64,000 nt of DNA from Octopus sinensis (GCF_006345805.1 NC_043008.1:29016001-29080000); one strand, 5' to 3'; positions 42,470-56,253 are shown, counted from the stretch's first letter. Made by a program: numbers and translations. The notes: generated from the sequence alone by a model not told the origin.

Positions 42470-43859
42470 GTAGGTTAATTAAGATGCACAGAATGCAAGC
42501 ATATGCACCTGCAAATGATTGAAATGCAAGAAATACATGCGGGAATGAAACAGAATATCAAAGAAAACTCAGAAATATTTTGCATTGGCTTGCCACTATG
42601 GGTTTTGATTATGAATTACTTGCATTTTTATGTTTGCTATGAGGAAAAGTAAATTCCATAGAGATTGATTTGAATATATGTTTTTTCCGCGTTCTTAAGC
42701 ATTAATTGATTATAATATTTAATTCCGTTTTCAATTAATGAAAACCGCCGACGGAAAATTCAAATAAAGGAATAGAATATAGAGGAAATGAAATATATGG
42801 ACGTTTGGAAAGTCGATATAATATAAATTACACCAAACTTAATATGTTTGTGTATTAGTCTAAAAATATTCTCAGGTGAATATATGCAAGCATATGTGTG
42901 TACGTGACCGTGTGTGATTATAAGTATAATATTATATTACTATGTATATATCTATATATGTGTGTAAGAGAGAGAGAGATACATTATACACATTTACACA
43001 CAGCATGAAATATACAGAATCAGACATAACAGTAGGTAATTGCAGATACACGCATACATAAATACATGCACTCATATACACACAGATATACCTAATTTTA
43101 TTTAGTTTGTTATATATGCCATTTAGATGTTTATTAATGTGTAGGTGATTACGTGGATATGCTTACATACACACATACACACGCACGCACATGCGCGCGC
43201 TCACAGATATATCTGGGCGTTTATCATTCTTTCTTTAGACAAGGCAAATTGAATTCTCTACTTTCCCACAAAGACATTAATTGAAAAAATATTCTGAAAT
43301 GATAGTAATGATAATAATGATAATGATGAATATCATAACGATCATGATGATGACAATGATAATAAAACTAGAAAACAATTATAATCACTTCGCAAGTAGT
43401 ATAAAAATAACCAAATAAAACAATTGCGATTCTCAAATTTATGGCAACAACAACAAGGACAAAATTATCGGCCACTAAAATAGTAAAAACAATACGAAGT
43501 AGTTATTTACAATGATATTTAACAATTTTTTATCAATCTTTATTAACCTGTGAACATGTAGCAAATCTGTAAAGGAAATACAGATTTTAAAACAACAAAA
43601 GCAGTAACAACTAGCTTAATAAATTACACATAATGAAATCACCCAAAAAATAATTAGTTACCAAAACGTTGAGCAAAAGAAGACATTTCTTGACAATCGG
43701 ATAAACACTCACATATAAACACGAACAAATATACACATACATTCACAAACACACACACTTATATATACAAAATGCATACACGCACATATGTACACACATA
43801 CACATATACATATATATATATATATAAATACACACATAAATATATATACATTAGTATAA

Positions 43860-43944
<85 letters not shown>

Positions 43945-44433
43945 TAAATATATTTATACATATATGTACGTGTGTTGAAAATGAGGAAGATCTTCCTCAC
44001 TTTAACAAAAGTGTACGAACTGCTAGAATCACATTATCAGCATTTAACTTGAAGCGGAAAATAAAATGTAAATCGGAGAACTTGTGAATCCTCTTACGTC
44101 ACCTGATGATTCTCTTTTGACCTGTGCGTTGCATATGGTGTTATTACATCACACCACGCCCACTAGGGAACAATGTAGAATGGATTTCAAACGATTGTTG
44201 TGCTAATAAAGGCTTCTACTTACAGTCAGCCTTCCGTATTAATCCTTTGAAATACACCCTAAACGTACCTCAAAATTCCAACCGTAGATCCAACGACGAT
44301 TGTACAGTATCGCTGATGACGCATGGTAGCCATAACTGATCAAATTGCACTGCAGGCAATTACCCGGGAACAAGACTTTCTTCAATTCTAATTTGAAATA
44401 TATATATATATATATATATACATATATATATAC

Positions 44434-44508
<75 letters not shown>

Positions 44509-44522
44509 ACATATATATATTA

Positions 44523-44582
<60 letters not shown>

Positions 44583-44623
44583 CATATATATATATACATA
44601 TATATATATATACACACACATAT

Positions 44624-44659
<36 letters not shown>

Positions 44660-45121
44660 CATATTATATATATATATATATATATATCTTTATATATGTG
44701 TGTTTGTGTGTGTGTGTGTGTGTGCGTGTGTACGTGTGTGTGTGTGTGTGTAAGACAATGCATTTCATACACATACTGAAGACTGATAATGTTTCGGAAA
44801 TGTATTGGACAATCTACGAATTTGAATGGTGTCAGGTTTTGCGTTCGCATTACCTAGACTCCAACATCGATCACATGACATACGTGTCAGCCTGGTGAAT
44901 TGTTATCTACTGAAGTATCGGTAGACGTTATAGTGCTACTCAGGCTGAGGATGTCATGCGCAGGCACTTAACGCATATAATTCTTGGATTTTGTTTTACT
45001 TTGTGTCTTCTGGCGGTTATCAAAAATGGGTATATATACCACACACATTCACACACTATCACAGGCACATATATATTTACTTCCATGTGATTGTATATAT
45101 ATTATATATATAATATATATA

Positions 45122-45164
<43 letters not shown>

Positions 45165-45169
45165 AATTG

Positions 45170-45480
45170 TTAAAGATGACAACAAAAACATTAAGGCAAG
45201 GCAAACATCTCGAGTCATATACGTTATTATTGGAAAAATTCAAAGTCTTACAGCAATTTCTGGGATATATCAAAGTTTTGGATATTCCATCATCGTAGAT
45301 AACTAGATTAATTTACACCCTTCATGTTTCTCCTATTTTTCTCCGATGGAGGAATATCTCATAATTTGGGATATCCTAAAAATGGGTGGAATACTTTGAA
45401 TTTTTCCAATAATATTAATGTATATGTCTTGAGATGTTTGACTTGCCTTCACTCCCAAAAGTATTATAATTACCGCTAGA
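45170..45480. mobile_element. MITE-like element with about 55-bp inverted repeats
   Basis: AAGGCAAGGCAAACATCTCGAG..TTGGAAAAATTCAAAGT (about 45194-45246) is inverted at about 45393-45450. Confidence 0.7.
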
Positions 45481-46899
45481 AAATTACAAACAATTTTTCT
45501 GACAATTCATATTACCTTCAAATAAAAAGAACAATGAGAACGGAAGATGCTACCACAATTCCTTGAAGAAGAATATTCTATTTTTGATTACATTCTATCA
45601 GAATTCCCAATCACTTTAAAAAGGAAACTGGAAAACATTTCTGAATGACATATTTTTTTCTCGGAAAATCGAAATAAGGAAGACATCGTTGTATAACATT
45701 CAAGAATCGCTTCAGGTCACTCTTGTAATGAATGAAAGGAAACTTAGTTTTAGGTAATATTGGTAATTAAAGAAAATGTGTCTGATCATTTCTCTAAGTA
45801 CGGGTTTGCGTACAATAATTAGATTTTATATTTTCGATGAATCCGAGAACAAAAGGAACATAACAGTGAATATAGTAAGACATTTGTGTTGAATAGTTAC
45901 GGGCGCAAAATGACGAAGGAGCTAAGTGACAGATAAGTTATATTCATCCGGAAAAAAATTCCTGTCAAAAGAGATCCTAATATCTGTTTATGGAGAAAAC
46001 CTTAGACTGAGGTTGAATACAACATATAACAGAAAATATTCCATTTGTTGTTACAATTAATACTAAAAGCCATAGCATTTCATCCTGAAGTAAACGATAC
46101 CTTCAAAGCTACACCAAATATAAAAATATAATTATTCGAAACAAAAGATGAATTAAATGTGCTTACAGTTTTACAGTTTCTCTGTAGCCGTAGATAACTA
46201 CCAAGTGTAAATGGACAACCAACAACAGAGAAGCGACATTAGAAAAAAAAATTATGCGAGTATCGAAACAAAGAGAGCTTCGCTTTGTGAAGTGTGACTA
46301 AATCAGGTAAGGGAAATTTAAGTACTAGAAGGAATTAGCTTTTGCCTTTAAAGTGACTCGCAAACCAGAAAGAAAAAAAAACTTATATCCTCTGCATCAC
46401 AAGTGCACAATACAAAGAGAAATATACGAGCCAAACTGGATTAAAATCAATACATCGGGTTAGGGTATGTAAACAACAGTTCAAAGATTGATATTGCTAT
46501 TTACTAAACATCTAGGCATTTGTTCAAAAGTAACATTTATTTTATATTTTTCCCCAGAAGAAAGTAAACATCAACTACACAAAGCAAAATAAGCATACTC
46601 GTAAGAATTTGGCATCCGTAACGAAACGGTAATAGTTAATAACTCCGGTAGAGTCGATTTCGTCTATTAACCATCAACGAAAGTGTTTGAAAAGCAACAA
46701 GCATCAAAATTCGCTTAACAAACTACAGAAACGTCTTCTACAAAGGCTTGTGTCTTTGTGTTTTTCAAAGTTTCACACGTTTAACGTAAGAATATGTTTA
46801 TTCAGATATTGTGACATGCAAGGTTTTTATTTCAAGAAAAGCTAATTGATCCCTTTTCTCCTTTATAATCGTATATTTCAAAACTAACAGGATTAGGAA

Positions 46900-47370
46900 A
46901 AAGTAAGTAACATTTTGAAACATGAAACTAACACAATATATTTCAACAATGCAGAATTTTTATTCATCAAAGTAAGTACCATTACAATCAACACATCTTT
47001 GCCCACAAGTTACAACTTTGGTTATTCCGGTACCATAAAAATCTGGATTTCTGGGTCTCATGAACTCTTTCAGCGCGCTTTCAGCATCGGTTTCATTTTT
47101 GAAACCATGAAGATACTTGAAAAAGTGGTAGTCGGTAGAAGAAAGGTCTGGGGAATAAGCTGGGTGAGGAAGAACGTCATAGCTAAGTTCCCACAACTTC
47201 CGGAGCATCATTAGGGAAACGAATTGTCGAGCATATTCATGGAAAGTAATTGGCACTATTCTGTTGATCAGTGTGGGACGGAGAAGTATCTGTTTTTCGT
47301 TCATTTTAGGAATTCCATGGCAATACGTTTCTGCAGTAATGGTTTTTCTGGGTTTTAAGAAGTTATAGTC
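46900..47370 (-). mobile_element. mariner transposase C-terminal fragment
   Basis: ORF 46960-47304 contains VLPHPAYSPDLSSTDYHFF and CVDCNGTYFD. Confidence 0.88.
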
Positions 47371-47379
47371 AAGGACTTT

Positions 47380-48860
47380 TGGGAGTTATCCAGCGTCCTC
47401 AACCCTCAATCCGAACGTACGAAAAAAACAGGCTGTCGAGTTGAATAAATCCGAGACCCAGTCTCTCCCCCAGGCCATTGTTGCTTTCAGTCTGTACTAA
47501 ACCTCTATAGAGTAATGTTGTAGAACCTCCACCACTGGCATTACCCGAGCGACGAAATAGCAGGACTGCCTTGCAACATTCCGTATGCCACTCACTCAAC
47601 TTGGATCTACGAGAGCACCAGTCTTCTCGTCCACCGAATCTAGTGAACGAGGTAAACATCTGCTTCGCCAGCGAAGAGCACACCCGTTTACCATCCAGAA
47701 GAATCCAGAGATACCTTAACCTCAGTGCGTGTTTGCGCATCGTTAGCCAAGGAATATCTAGTCCTCACTTTAACGGTCTTTGACATCAAATAGAACGTCT
47801 TACAAGTGACATCGAGCCCTTCCCCCCAAAGTGAAAGAGATATCTCTCCAACTTGATCAACCTCGAACCCGGGCAAGGATCGACGGTCAGGCGGTAGGTA
47901 ATAACCGATGCGATGAACACATTGGCCACCCCCGCCCTCCCTATCAGAGATAGCCACCGACACGACCAGGTCTTGACTATGTGTGCAACTCTGCTTGACA
48001 CCTCAGCCCAGTTCTTCTCTACCTGGAGATCTGGACCAAACCAGACCCTAACAACTTAATCGGTCCCGTCCAACGCCCGACAACGCTGTCTGAAGGCATC
48101 AGCTTGCCCCTCCAGGTGCCGAGTTGCAAGCCGACCGATTTTTCCCGGTTAATTTTTGCTTCTTCCACCGTCTAGTAAAACTCAATGGCCTTGCCTACCT
48201 CCCGTAGGTGTTCCAGTTTGGTCAAGCTGATGGTGATGTCATTCACATAAGCTGAAACCGACTCTCCACATCCTGGTTCTCTCGGGATGCCCCTCAACTT
48301 TCGCAGTAACGGCTCAAGAGCCATCCCATACAAAAGCGGTGAGAGCGGACACCCTTGGCGAACCGAGTGTTTGATACAGAACGGTCTTGATATAAAAGCC
48401 GTTCACTGTTCCATTCCTCCTTCCTCTGGCTGAAAATGTCGCTTTTTGCATGATATCCCCTAAGAATCTGTCCACGTCTTCCTCCGACACTTTAACAATT
48501 TTATTTGTGGCGACCGCTTGCGTGCGGTACACCACTGTTTTTCCCTCTTCTATTGAGTCTTGTGGGGGGATCAGCTTGATTGTTTCTTCCTCCTTCTTCA
48601 CCACACACAAACGTTTCGTTAATTCCTCTTTGTCCGAGGGTACCCTCCGGGCTTTCAGCTATGTAACTGACTTTGCCGCAGCAGCTTTCACGTAGCTCTC
48701 CATAATGCTACGCACTTCCTCACCCCCAATGGGGAGAAAAAGAATAAACCAACAGCAGCAATTAACAACAAAACGCGTGAGACGCTTCAATGATAAATTC
48801 AAACTTAAAGTAGTAACAACAGATCTCACCTTCTTCTCACAAAACAACACACTGAAAATC
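47380..48860 (-). mobile_element. Internally deleted Tx1-like LINE (5' UTR and ORF1 start joined to mid-RT)
   Basis: ORF1 starts MESYVKAAAAK at 48703. A junction near 48406 leads into sequence homologous to 1800-2800 (SVRQGCPLSPLL, SAYVNDIT, PVKLLGSGLVQ region). Confidence 0.85.
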
Positions 48861-48907
48861 AAAGTAAGTTCGACGCGGACTTTTCGTTGGTGTCACGAGC
48901 TATTTTG

Positions 48908-48988
48908 CTATTCATCAAAATTGCTCGAATATTGCTATTTAGCAAAATTGCTCGAATATCACTATTCATCAAAATTGCTCGAATATCG
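48908..48988 (+). repeat. 27-bp minisatellite, 3 copies
   Basis: Unit CTATTCATCAAAATTGCTCGAATAT(TG/CA/CG). Confidence 0.9.
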
Positions 48989-49476
48989 CAGTTTCATTTC
49001 AGATGACTGTAGCAACAATGAAAATATATCAATATTAATTTATTGATGCTTCTGGGCAAGTCTACGCCTGTATTAAATCTTTCAGAAAATATTCAAAATT
49101 GCAAAAATCCTTACAAATTTTTCATGTTATAAAACGTTGCTTCATTTTTACTCAACCTGACTATTCAAATAACAAGCAGGCAAAAGTAAGCTCGTATAAG
49201 AGTTGACTTATCAGAAACACGAAATTCAAAATACTGGAGTCTTTCATTTTTAAGGTATTAAGGAATATTCTAGATCTGAGTATTGATTTCTGCAAATTAT
49301 CGCTTCCAGCGATAAATAAAGGTTTTAACTATCTGAATGTGTTTTGTATTTATCTAGTTAAATCTCCTGGGACAAAATAAAATAGTGTCATCTATACGTA
49401 ACTCACATACACACACGCGTGTATACATAGTTACACAATTATAATCAAATGGAAAAGAAACTTTTGTGTGCGCGTA

Positions 49477-49516
<40 letters not shown>

Positions 49517-49544
49517 ATATATATATATATATACATACATATAT

Positions 49545-49595
<51 letters not shown>

Positions 49596-50154
49596 TATAT
49601 ATATGTATGTATACATTCTGTATATGTATATATTTCTTCATATATTTTGTGGTAAATCTTCTACAAGTAGAATTACACTCAATCTACTAAACGAGAAAAG
49701 CCATTATAATGAGAACAGCAATTCTTGTGAAATAGAGCTACCGAGGATTTCCTAGTCGAAATATTTATGTATTAAGCCATTTTGAACGCTGATAAGAGGA
49801 ACAAGACACTTTGTCGCCTGCATTCGAAGCATTTGACGATTTAATGGGAACGCACACATAGAAAAAGAAGGAAAGAAATAAAGAGAGAAAAAAACAAAAG
49901 GAAGATATCCAACATTACAACAAAATGGGATTGGTTTAAGATGTGTCCGGTGGTCTATCTTTAACCAGCGCCGTAATGCATTTTTAAAATGCGACCATAA
50001 AAAAATATCTTCTTCCTAGAATTTATGCATAAATTGGTGGCTAGGTTGTATAAGATGTAGAGTTATTCGAGAGAACATATTCAACGTTTTTTGACTCGTT
50101 AACATGGCATTTGGTTTTGGTAAGTATTTTCTATTTCATACCATGTTTAACATT

Positions 50155-50368
50155 CTTCTCTTCTCTAGACACAAGGCCCGAAATTTTGGGGGAGGGGGCC
50201 TGTCAATTAGATCGGACTCAGTACGTAACTGGTACTTAATTTATCGACCCCGACAGGATGAAATGCAAAGTCGACTCCGTCGGAATTTGAACTCAGAACG
50301 TAACGGCAGACGAAATACGGCTAGGCATTTCGCCCGGCGTGCTAACGTTTCTGCCAGCTCGCCGCCTT
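50155..50368 (-). mobile_element. Second SINE family (tRNA head, Meta-domain-like core) with TSD
   Basis: Minus strand reads GGCGGCGAGCTGGCAGAAACG..GAGTTCAAATTCC..TTTCATCCTGTCGGGGTCGATAAATTAAGTACCAG. TSD ATACCATGTTTAA(C/T)ATT at 50138-50154 and 50369-50385. Confidence 0.8.
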
Positions 50369-50489
50369 ATACCATGTTTAATATTAGCACATATGTGTAC
50401 GCGTGTGCGTGAGTGTGTGAGAAAGTATGTGACTGTGTATGTATTATTAATATATAGATAGATACATAGATAGATAGATATTAGCTTGA

Positions 50490-50890
50490 AACTAGCTAGT
50501 TAGAAAAATCGCTGTGGAAGATGAAAGCAGAGGCCAGCAGACTTACATTTAAGACCTATTATTGCTGGCCCAGCCTGTGAAACCCACCGCCTAAGAAATT
50601 TTCTAGATATCCTACTAAAACCCTTGCTGAAATACATCAAAAGTTTCATTAGAGACAAGTTACATATGCTAGAACAACTACCAAAATCAATTAATGAAGA
50701 AGCAATATTGGTTTCCTTCGATGTTATCAATCTTTAGATGAACATCTCTCATGACTATCGAATAGAAGCAATAAAATTCTGGTAACCCGAAGGTACCAAA
50801 ATTCTGGTAACCCGGAACGCATAAATCAGATCTTTATTGTTGAATCTTTAAAATTCATACTTCAGAACAATTATTTCCTATTTGATGACT
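50490..50890 (+). mobile_element. Penelope RT fragment
   Basis: Translates to LRPIIAGPACETHRL..LKPLL..ILVSFDVINL..LKFILQNNYFLFD; short internal duplication of AAAATTCTGGTAACCC. Confidence 0.8.
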
Positions 50891-50928
50891 ATTGTCTGGA
50901 ATGTGGAATTATGATGGGACTGTGCATA

Positions 50929-51140
50929 TGGCGTAGTGGTTAAGAGCGCGGGCTACTAACCCCAACATTCCGAGTTCGATTCCAGGCAATGATCTGAATA
51001 ATGATAATAATAATAATAACAACATCGAAAAGTACCTTAGGAATGAGAACGCAGGTTCGAAATTTCCCCAAGACACCTGATGAAGGCTGGAAAAGTTGTG
51101 TTAAAAACAAACTCTGTGTTAAGAACAAACAAGATGAGAA
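50929..51140 (+). mobile_element. Third SINE family: tRNA head, (AAT)n and PLE-like tail
   Basis: TGGCGTAGTGGTTAAGAGC..GAGTTCGATTCC head; the tail contains ACACCTGATGAAGGCTGG. Confidence 0.65.
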
Positions 51141-51240
51141 CAAATATCAGTCAATTATAAATAATGTAAATAATGTAAAATTTATTTTCTCACTTCTTTC
51201 ATCTTTTCTTCACACTTTTTTTCTTACTATTTTCAGAAAC

Positions 51241-51270
51241 AGATAGATAGATTGATAGATAGGTAGATAG

Positions 51271-51352
<82 letters not shown>

Positions 51353-51382
51353 CATAGATAGATAGATAGGTAGATAGGTAGG

Positions 51383-51421
<39 letters not shown>

Positions 51422-51422
51422 A
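51241..51422 (+). repeat. (GATA)n microsatellite
   Basis: Direct observation; similar tracts at 11955-12060 and 13300-13422. Confidence 0.95.
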
Positions 51423-51744
51423 GAGTTATATGCATACGCATATATATTATTCAATGTTTAGGATGATTAATATTCACTGACTTGCGAAATTTTGGGCAGT
51501 TAAGCCATCATCAAACTGTCCGATGATGGCTAAGCTGGATGAAACGTCAACGTCAAAAAAACGTCGACTAATAATAAGACATATTTGTAGCTTATAAAAT
51601 GCGGAATATACCTTCAGTATAACGTATTTTTGCTTTCATTATTACATGTATATATGTATGTATCTATCTATATATATATGGGGAGGTGTTTGTGCGCACG
51701 CGTGTCCGCGTATGTGTATGCGTGTGTGCGTGTGTGTGTATGTA

Positions 51745-52330
51745 TACGAGGTGGTATTCACACGTTAAACGTCTAGGTCTGTAACACGCCACCTGATGGC
51801 AGCGCATGGTTTTCTCCGCAGTGAGAACTATCATTGATGCACCCCGTCACCGAGCTCTTTGCACTCATGAGTTTCTTGCCAAACACAAGGTTAAACGTTC
51901 TAGCTCACTTCTGATAATTACTGCAGTGCTTGGAGGGAACGTGCGTAGCGTGTAATCGTCGCATTGAAAATGACAGAGAAAAGTTTTCATGGTGATACAT
52001 GAGCAAAGTTGAGGAAAGTGTATGGAAAGGTGTGTATGAGCCGCACACATGTGTACGATTGGTACAGACGTTTCCAAGATTGCCGAAAAATGTTGATATC
52101 GATGAACGTTCAGGGTGACCCAAAACGAGAAGAACTAAGATTGCAGATGTGCGGGCATCTGTGAGGGGAAATCGTTGAAACACCATCCGTGAATTACCAG
52201 AGGATGCGCAGATTAATTAAAATTCAGTTCAGTCCATTATCACTGAAGATTTGGTTATGAGACGCGTATCTGCCAAGTTTGTGCTGAACCAATTTGAGCT
52301 GCTCAAAACGACACTCGAGTTTCCTTTGTA
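51745..52330 (+). mobile_element. mariner 5' fragment with TIR and HTH region
   Basis: Starts TACGAGGTGGTATTCA; translates to AKLRKVYGKVCMSRTHVYDWYRRF and MRRVSAKFV. Confidence 0.8.
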
Positions 52331-52339
52331 CAAGTTTCC

Positions 52340-52510
52340 TTTGATTGTGTCGAGAAAGATGAAAACCTTTTGAAAAGATTGCGTAGGCCTCTGAGCAGGT
52401 ATCGCGAAGCTTCTGGCAAAATTGGATGCAGATTCTCTCCTCAAGTTTCTCTGACATGGGCAGTGCAACGATCACTTGCTACACATCTTCCTTGCAAGCA
52501 CTGCTGTTAA
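52340..52510 (-). mobile_element. mariner transposase N-terminal fragment, opposite orientation
   Basis: Translates to MSEKLEERICIQFCQKLRDTCSEAYA. Confidence 0.75.
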
Positions 52511-52697
52511 CAGCAGAAGTGAACTAGAGCTTTAAACCTTAGTGCTGCACTGCAGAGTTCAAGATCAGTTTGTACCAAGCGGCTTTACTCTGCATGTTAT
52601 AGCCTCGTTTCTATGGCAACATTCCGAATACTTGCTGATTGTATATGTGTGTGTGAGTGTGTGTTTGTGCAAGCGCGTTGGTGTGTGTGTGTGTGTG

Positions 52698-53028
52698 TAT
52701 AAAGTGAAGTTTATTTGCCAACAAAATGTGCCAGTTCAATGCAGGTTGATGTTACGTTTTCGCGCCAGGAAAATACCTTTTTTCAGCTGGCTACCGACAC
52801 ATGTTCAGTGTGACCATCAGCAAGGGAGTCTATTGCTCTCTTTCTAGACTTAACGATACCTGTAGACCAATGGTTTCTGGGTTATTTCCCTTCCTCGGTA
52901 CAGGACAATCACTGACTAGAGATTGCAGCCACTCGACCTTGATCACAGTATATACTGAGGCTAAAAACTAGTAACTTCGTACTGCGTCGGACTTCCAGGT
53001 TGTGTTGGCAAATAAACTTTACTCTATA
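52698..53028. mobile_element. MITE-like element with about 29-bp TIRs
   Basis: TATAAAGTGAAGTTTATTTGCCAACAAAA is inverted as TTGTGTTGGCAAATAAACTTTACTCTATA. Confidence 0.65.
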
Positions 53029-53208
53029 GTACTTCATATTTCTACCTCAGAAATTTAAAACGGGTTGCTTATATATATATATATATCTATATATATATAT
53101 ATTATATATATATATATATATAATATATATATATATACCGGAGTAAACACATAAATGTGAAACAAGGTGGAAAAAAGAGTACTCAAATACCAGTGGTAGA
53201 GTAATATG

Positions 53209-53365
53209 CTTTATTTTAAGCAGCAGAAAATTCAACAAAATCCGTTACTCTGAGTTCTCGTTGCCGTTCATCAGACAATTTTTGCTAGCAAAAACTGTCT
53301 GATGAACGGCAACGAGAAACTCAGAGTAACAGATTTTGTTGAATTTTCTGCTGCTTAAATTAAAG
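53209..53365. repeat. Loopless palindrome centred on GCTAGC (53284-53289)
   Basis: Arms of about 78 bp with a few mismatches and indels. Confidence 0.92.
53295..53332 (+). ncRNA. Minimal hammerhead-like motif
   Basis: CTGT-CTGATGA-ACG(GCAA)CGA-GAAA-CTC(A)GAGTA-ACAG. Stem I CTGT/ACAG pairs; stem II closes with an A-A mismatch; stem III needs a dimer. Confidence 0.5.
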
Positions 53366-54817
53366 TATATATATATATATATATATACGTAGAAAGTTTC
53401 CTTGCGAGAAGACGCATTAAACAGACTTTAACACATATCATTTCAATTCTCTCACCGCGTCATCATCAGCGGTTAATTGCCGAATTTAACGTATCATGCG
53501 GGGTTTTATATTAATAGGCTGAATGAGTAAACATAAATACTGAGATAAATGGCCCAAGACAACGTTGGTCCTGCGGAGAAAGTTAACTAAAATGAAGGCA
53601 AGCATAATCAAGGTACTCAAATTGATTCTAATATAAGTAATAGCATGAACATTCATACAGATAATGTAACTAACGATATGAAAGTTTTAAGCACTAGCAA
53701 TAATTATATTGGTGAGGAAAGCGATGATAGCGACAAATTTGATAATAACAGTGAATAAAGAAGAACAATATAAAAAAGAGTACGATATGTAATCTAGCAG
53801 GAAACAGCACAGTAAATGAAAGTAACTGTAGAGATAGCAAACGGATCTTTCGTACAAACATTGTAGAGAGAAGTACTGTCAGTACGAGTGTAAAACTATA
53901 TGTATTACACACACACATTATTATTATGCAATAATAATATCATTACTAAGAACACTGAAAGTATTTAAAATTACAGCTTTAGTATTCAGAGATCGTATTT
54001 TTGTGTACCATGTTATGTGTAAATCTGAAGTCATGTGGTAGGCGCAAAAATTTAGAAAGGAAAATATATAGGTAAATAATTTAAAACATTCTCAGACAAA
54101 CAAACAAGCATCCAAATATAAGAATATGTGTGTCTTTCTGTAAGAATAGATGCAGGCATATAAACACTATAGAGAAAGAGGAGATAAATAGACAGGTAGA
54201 CTGATAAATAGATAGATAGACAGATAAAAATATATAAATGTTTTCATATATGTAAATGCATATATATATATATATAAGTATATAATATATGTATATATAC
54301 ATACACGCACATATGTTATATGTATGCAAGTATGTTTGTACGTATGTGTGTGTGTGTGTATCTGTGTGCGTGTTCATTAATGTGTGTATGCTTATGCATC
54401 CGTTTGTTCTTATAACTGTAGGGAATAAAGTACGTGTCCAAAGAAACAAAAATACACGTTTCAATTGAATATTGCTTGAATAAACTTCTTTGAGATCTAT
54501 TGTCTCTTAACCGATAACGGAGATACGTATTCGGTTAATCATCCATAATGAATATATATGCACAATATACACATCTACACGTTTAACATTCAAGCACTTC
54601 TTTCCTAAATATTTTGCTTTGCTTCATTAGGACTCAGTTCATTATTATATACAGCTTTACCTTTACAAGCAACCATTCCTCGTAAATCTGATTTACATAT
54701 ACTGTGTTAGACAATAAATTGGTTTGCGTGTTTTTTCCTTATTATTGAGTAATGTTACGTTGGTACGTACATACTCTTCAGCATATAACTACCTATCTAC
54801 CCACCTATAAGGATGTT

Positions 54818-54874
<57 letters not shown>

Positions 54875-54876
54875 TA

Positions 54877-55034
54877 TATATAATATTAATTAGAGACAAA
54901 ACCACTATTTTGCAAATCAAACAAAGAAAGACATAATCCAATACATAAAAAAATTAATCCAATACAATGTATTGGATTAAGTCTTTCTTTGTTTGATTTG
55001 CAAAATAGTGGTTTGTCTCTAATTAATATTATAT
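54877..55034. repeat. Fold-back palindrome next to (TA)n; related sequence at 38945-39010
   Basis: 54877-54946 is the reverse complement of 54968-55034; the spacer contains a duplicated TAATCCAATACA. Confidence 0.88.
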
Positions 55035-55138
55035 AATATTTTACTATAAAATTGGATTCAATCCTAAATCTGATTTTTCCCTGTAAATTTGGATTTATTC
55101 CCTAATATTTATTATTATTATATATATATATATATATA

Positions 55139-55190
<52 letters not shown>

Positions 55191-55699
55191 TATTATTATA
55201 TTATTATTATTATTATATATAAATATGTATGTATGTATATGCATAGAGAAAGAGAGAGATGGCTAAATTGAAAGCTTATATATGCACACATACACACATA
55301 TATATATTCATATACACAGACACACGCACACACATGCACGCACAAACACACACATACACACAATACGCATACTGACAGACAAGAATATAAATATGGCTGA
55401 GTGGGTGGCTGGTTTTTTATGTAAGTGCAAATTGGTGAAAATTCCGCAAAAACTTGTGAAGGAAATTTAATTCTCAAGGTTAAAAATACTTACAAAATCA
55501 AACGAAACATTCCACATAATTTCTATCGTCCCTGTTTTTCTCATAAGACATTGATCCCACAAGTTCTTTTAATCCAAGAAGTCACGCTATGCGATAGAAC
55601 TTCTTAAAATTGGAAATGTGAATCCTACATATAAATCTTTATGACACAATGCTTTTGCGCATAACGAAATACATACTTCCATGCATATATATGCTGTAT

Positions 55700-56070
55700 A
55701 ATGACATTGTTACGAGCTATTAAACAGGCAACTAGACTTAGCATTTTGAGTGAAGTAAGTATTTTTATTTTTCTGAATATATATAATAATTCTATCACAT
55801 GTGCGTCAATAACAAAACCTATCATTATAGCTGCTTTGAACTTTGCTAAAGCCATAACCATAATAAATGACACCGAAATAATATTGACACTAAGAAAATC
55901 GCTTCTCCCTAACAGAAAGGATTTCTGGACTAAGAAAACCACTGAAGAAACATTTGATGTAAGTATGGGATCAAAGAACTCGATAGATATTAGCGACATC
56001 GTGGGTTTCGACTTTTATAATATTACACAAATTTCCACTTATCACAGGCTGCTGTATAGAAATAAGTAAC
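55700..56070 (+). mobile_element. Penelope-like (Neptune-type) RT fragment
   Basis: ORF 55701-56069 reads ALNFAK..LRKSLL..WTKK..FDVSMGS..SDIVG, resembling the FDVTMGS-type PLE RT motif. Confidence 0.65.
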
Positions 56071-56253
56071 AAAATACGACTAAGATAATACAAACCACAA
56101 ACAACTGTTAAGTTTAAGCGGGATCTATAGACCTTCTTCAAAAATCTCAGCTTCTAAATCAAAGTAGGAACAACTTCTAAAATGTTACACTTAACCTACA
56201 ATCAACAATCTATAAACCATGCAAGAAGGATAACGAATATACATACAGACATA

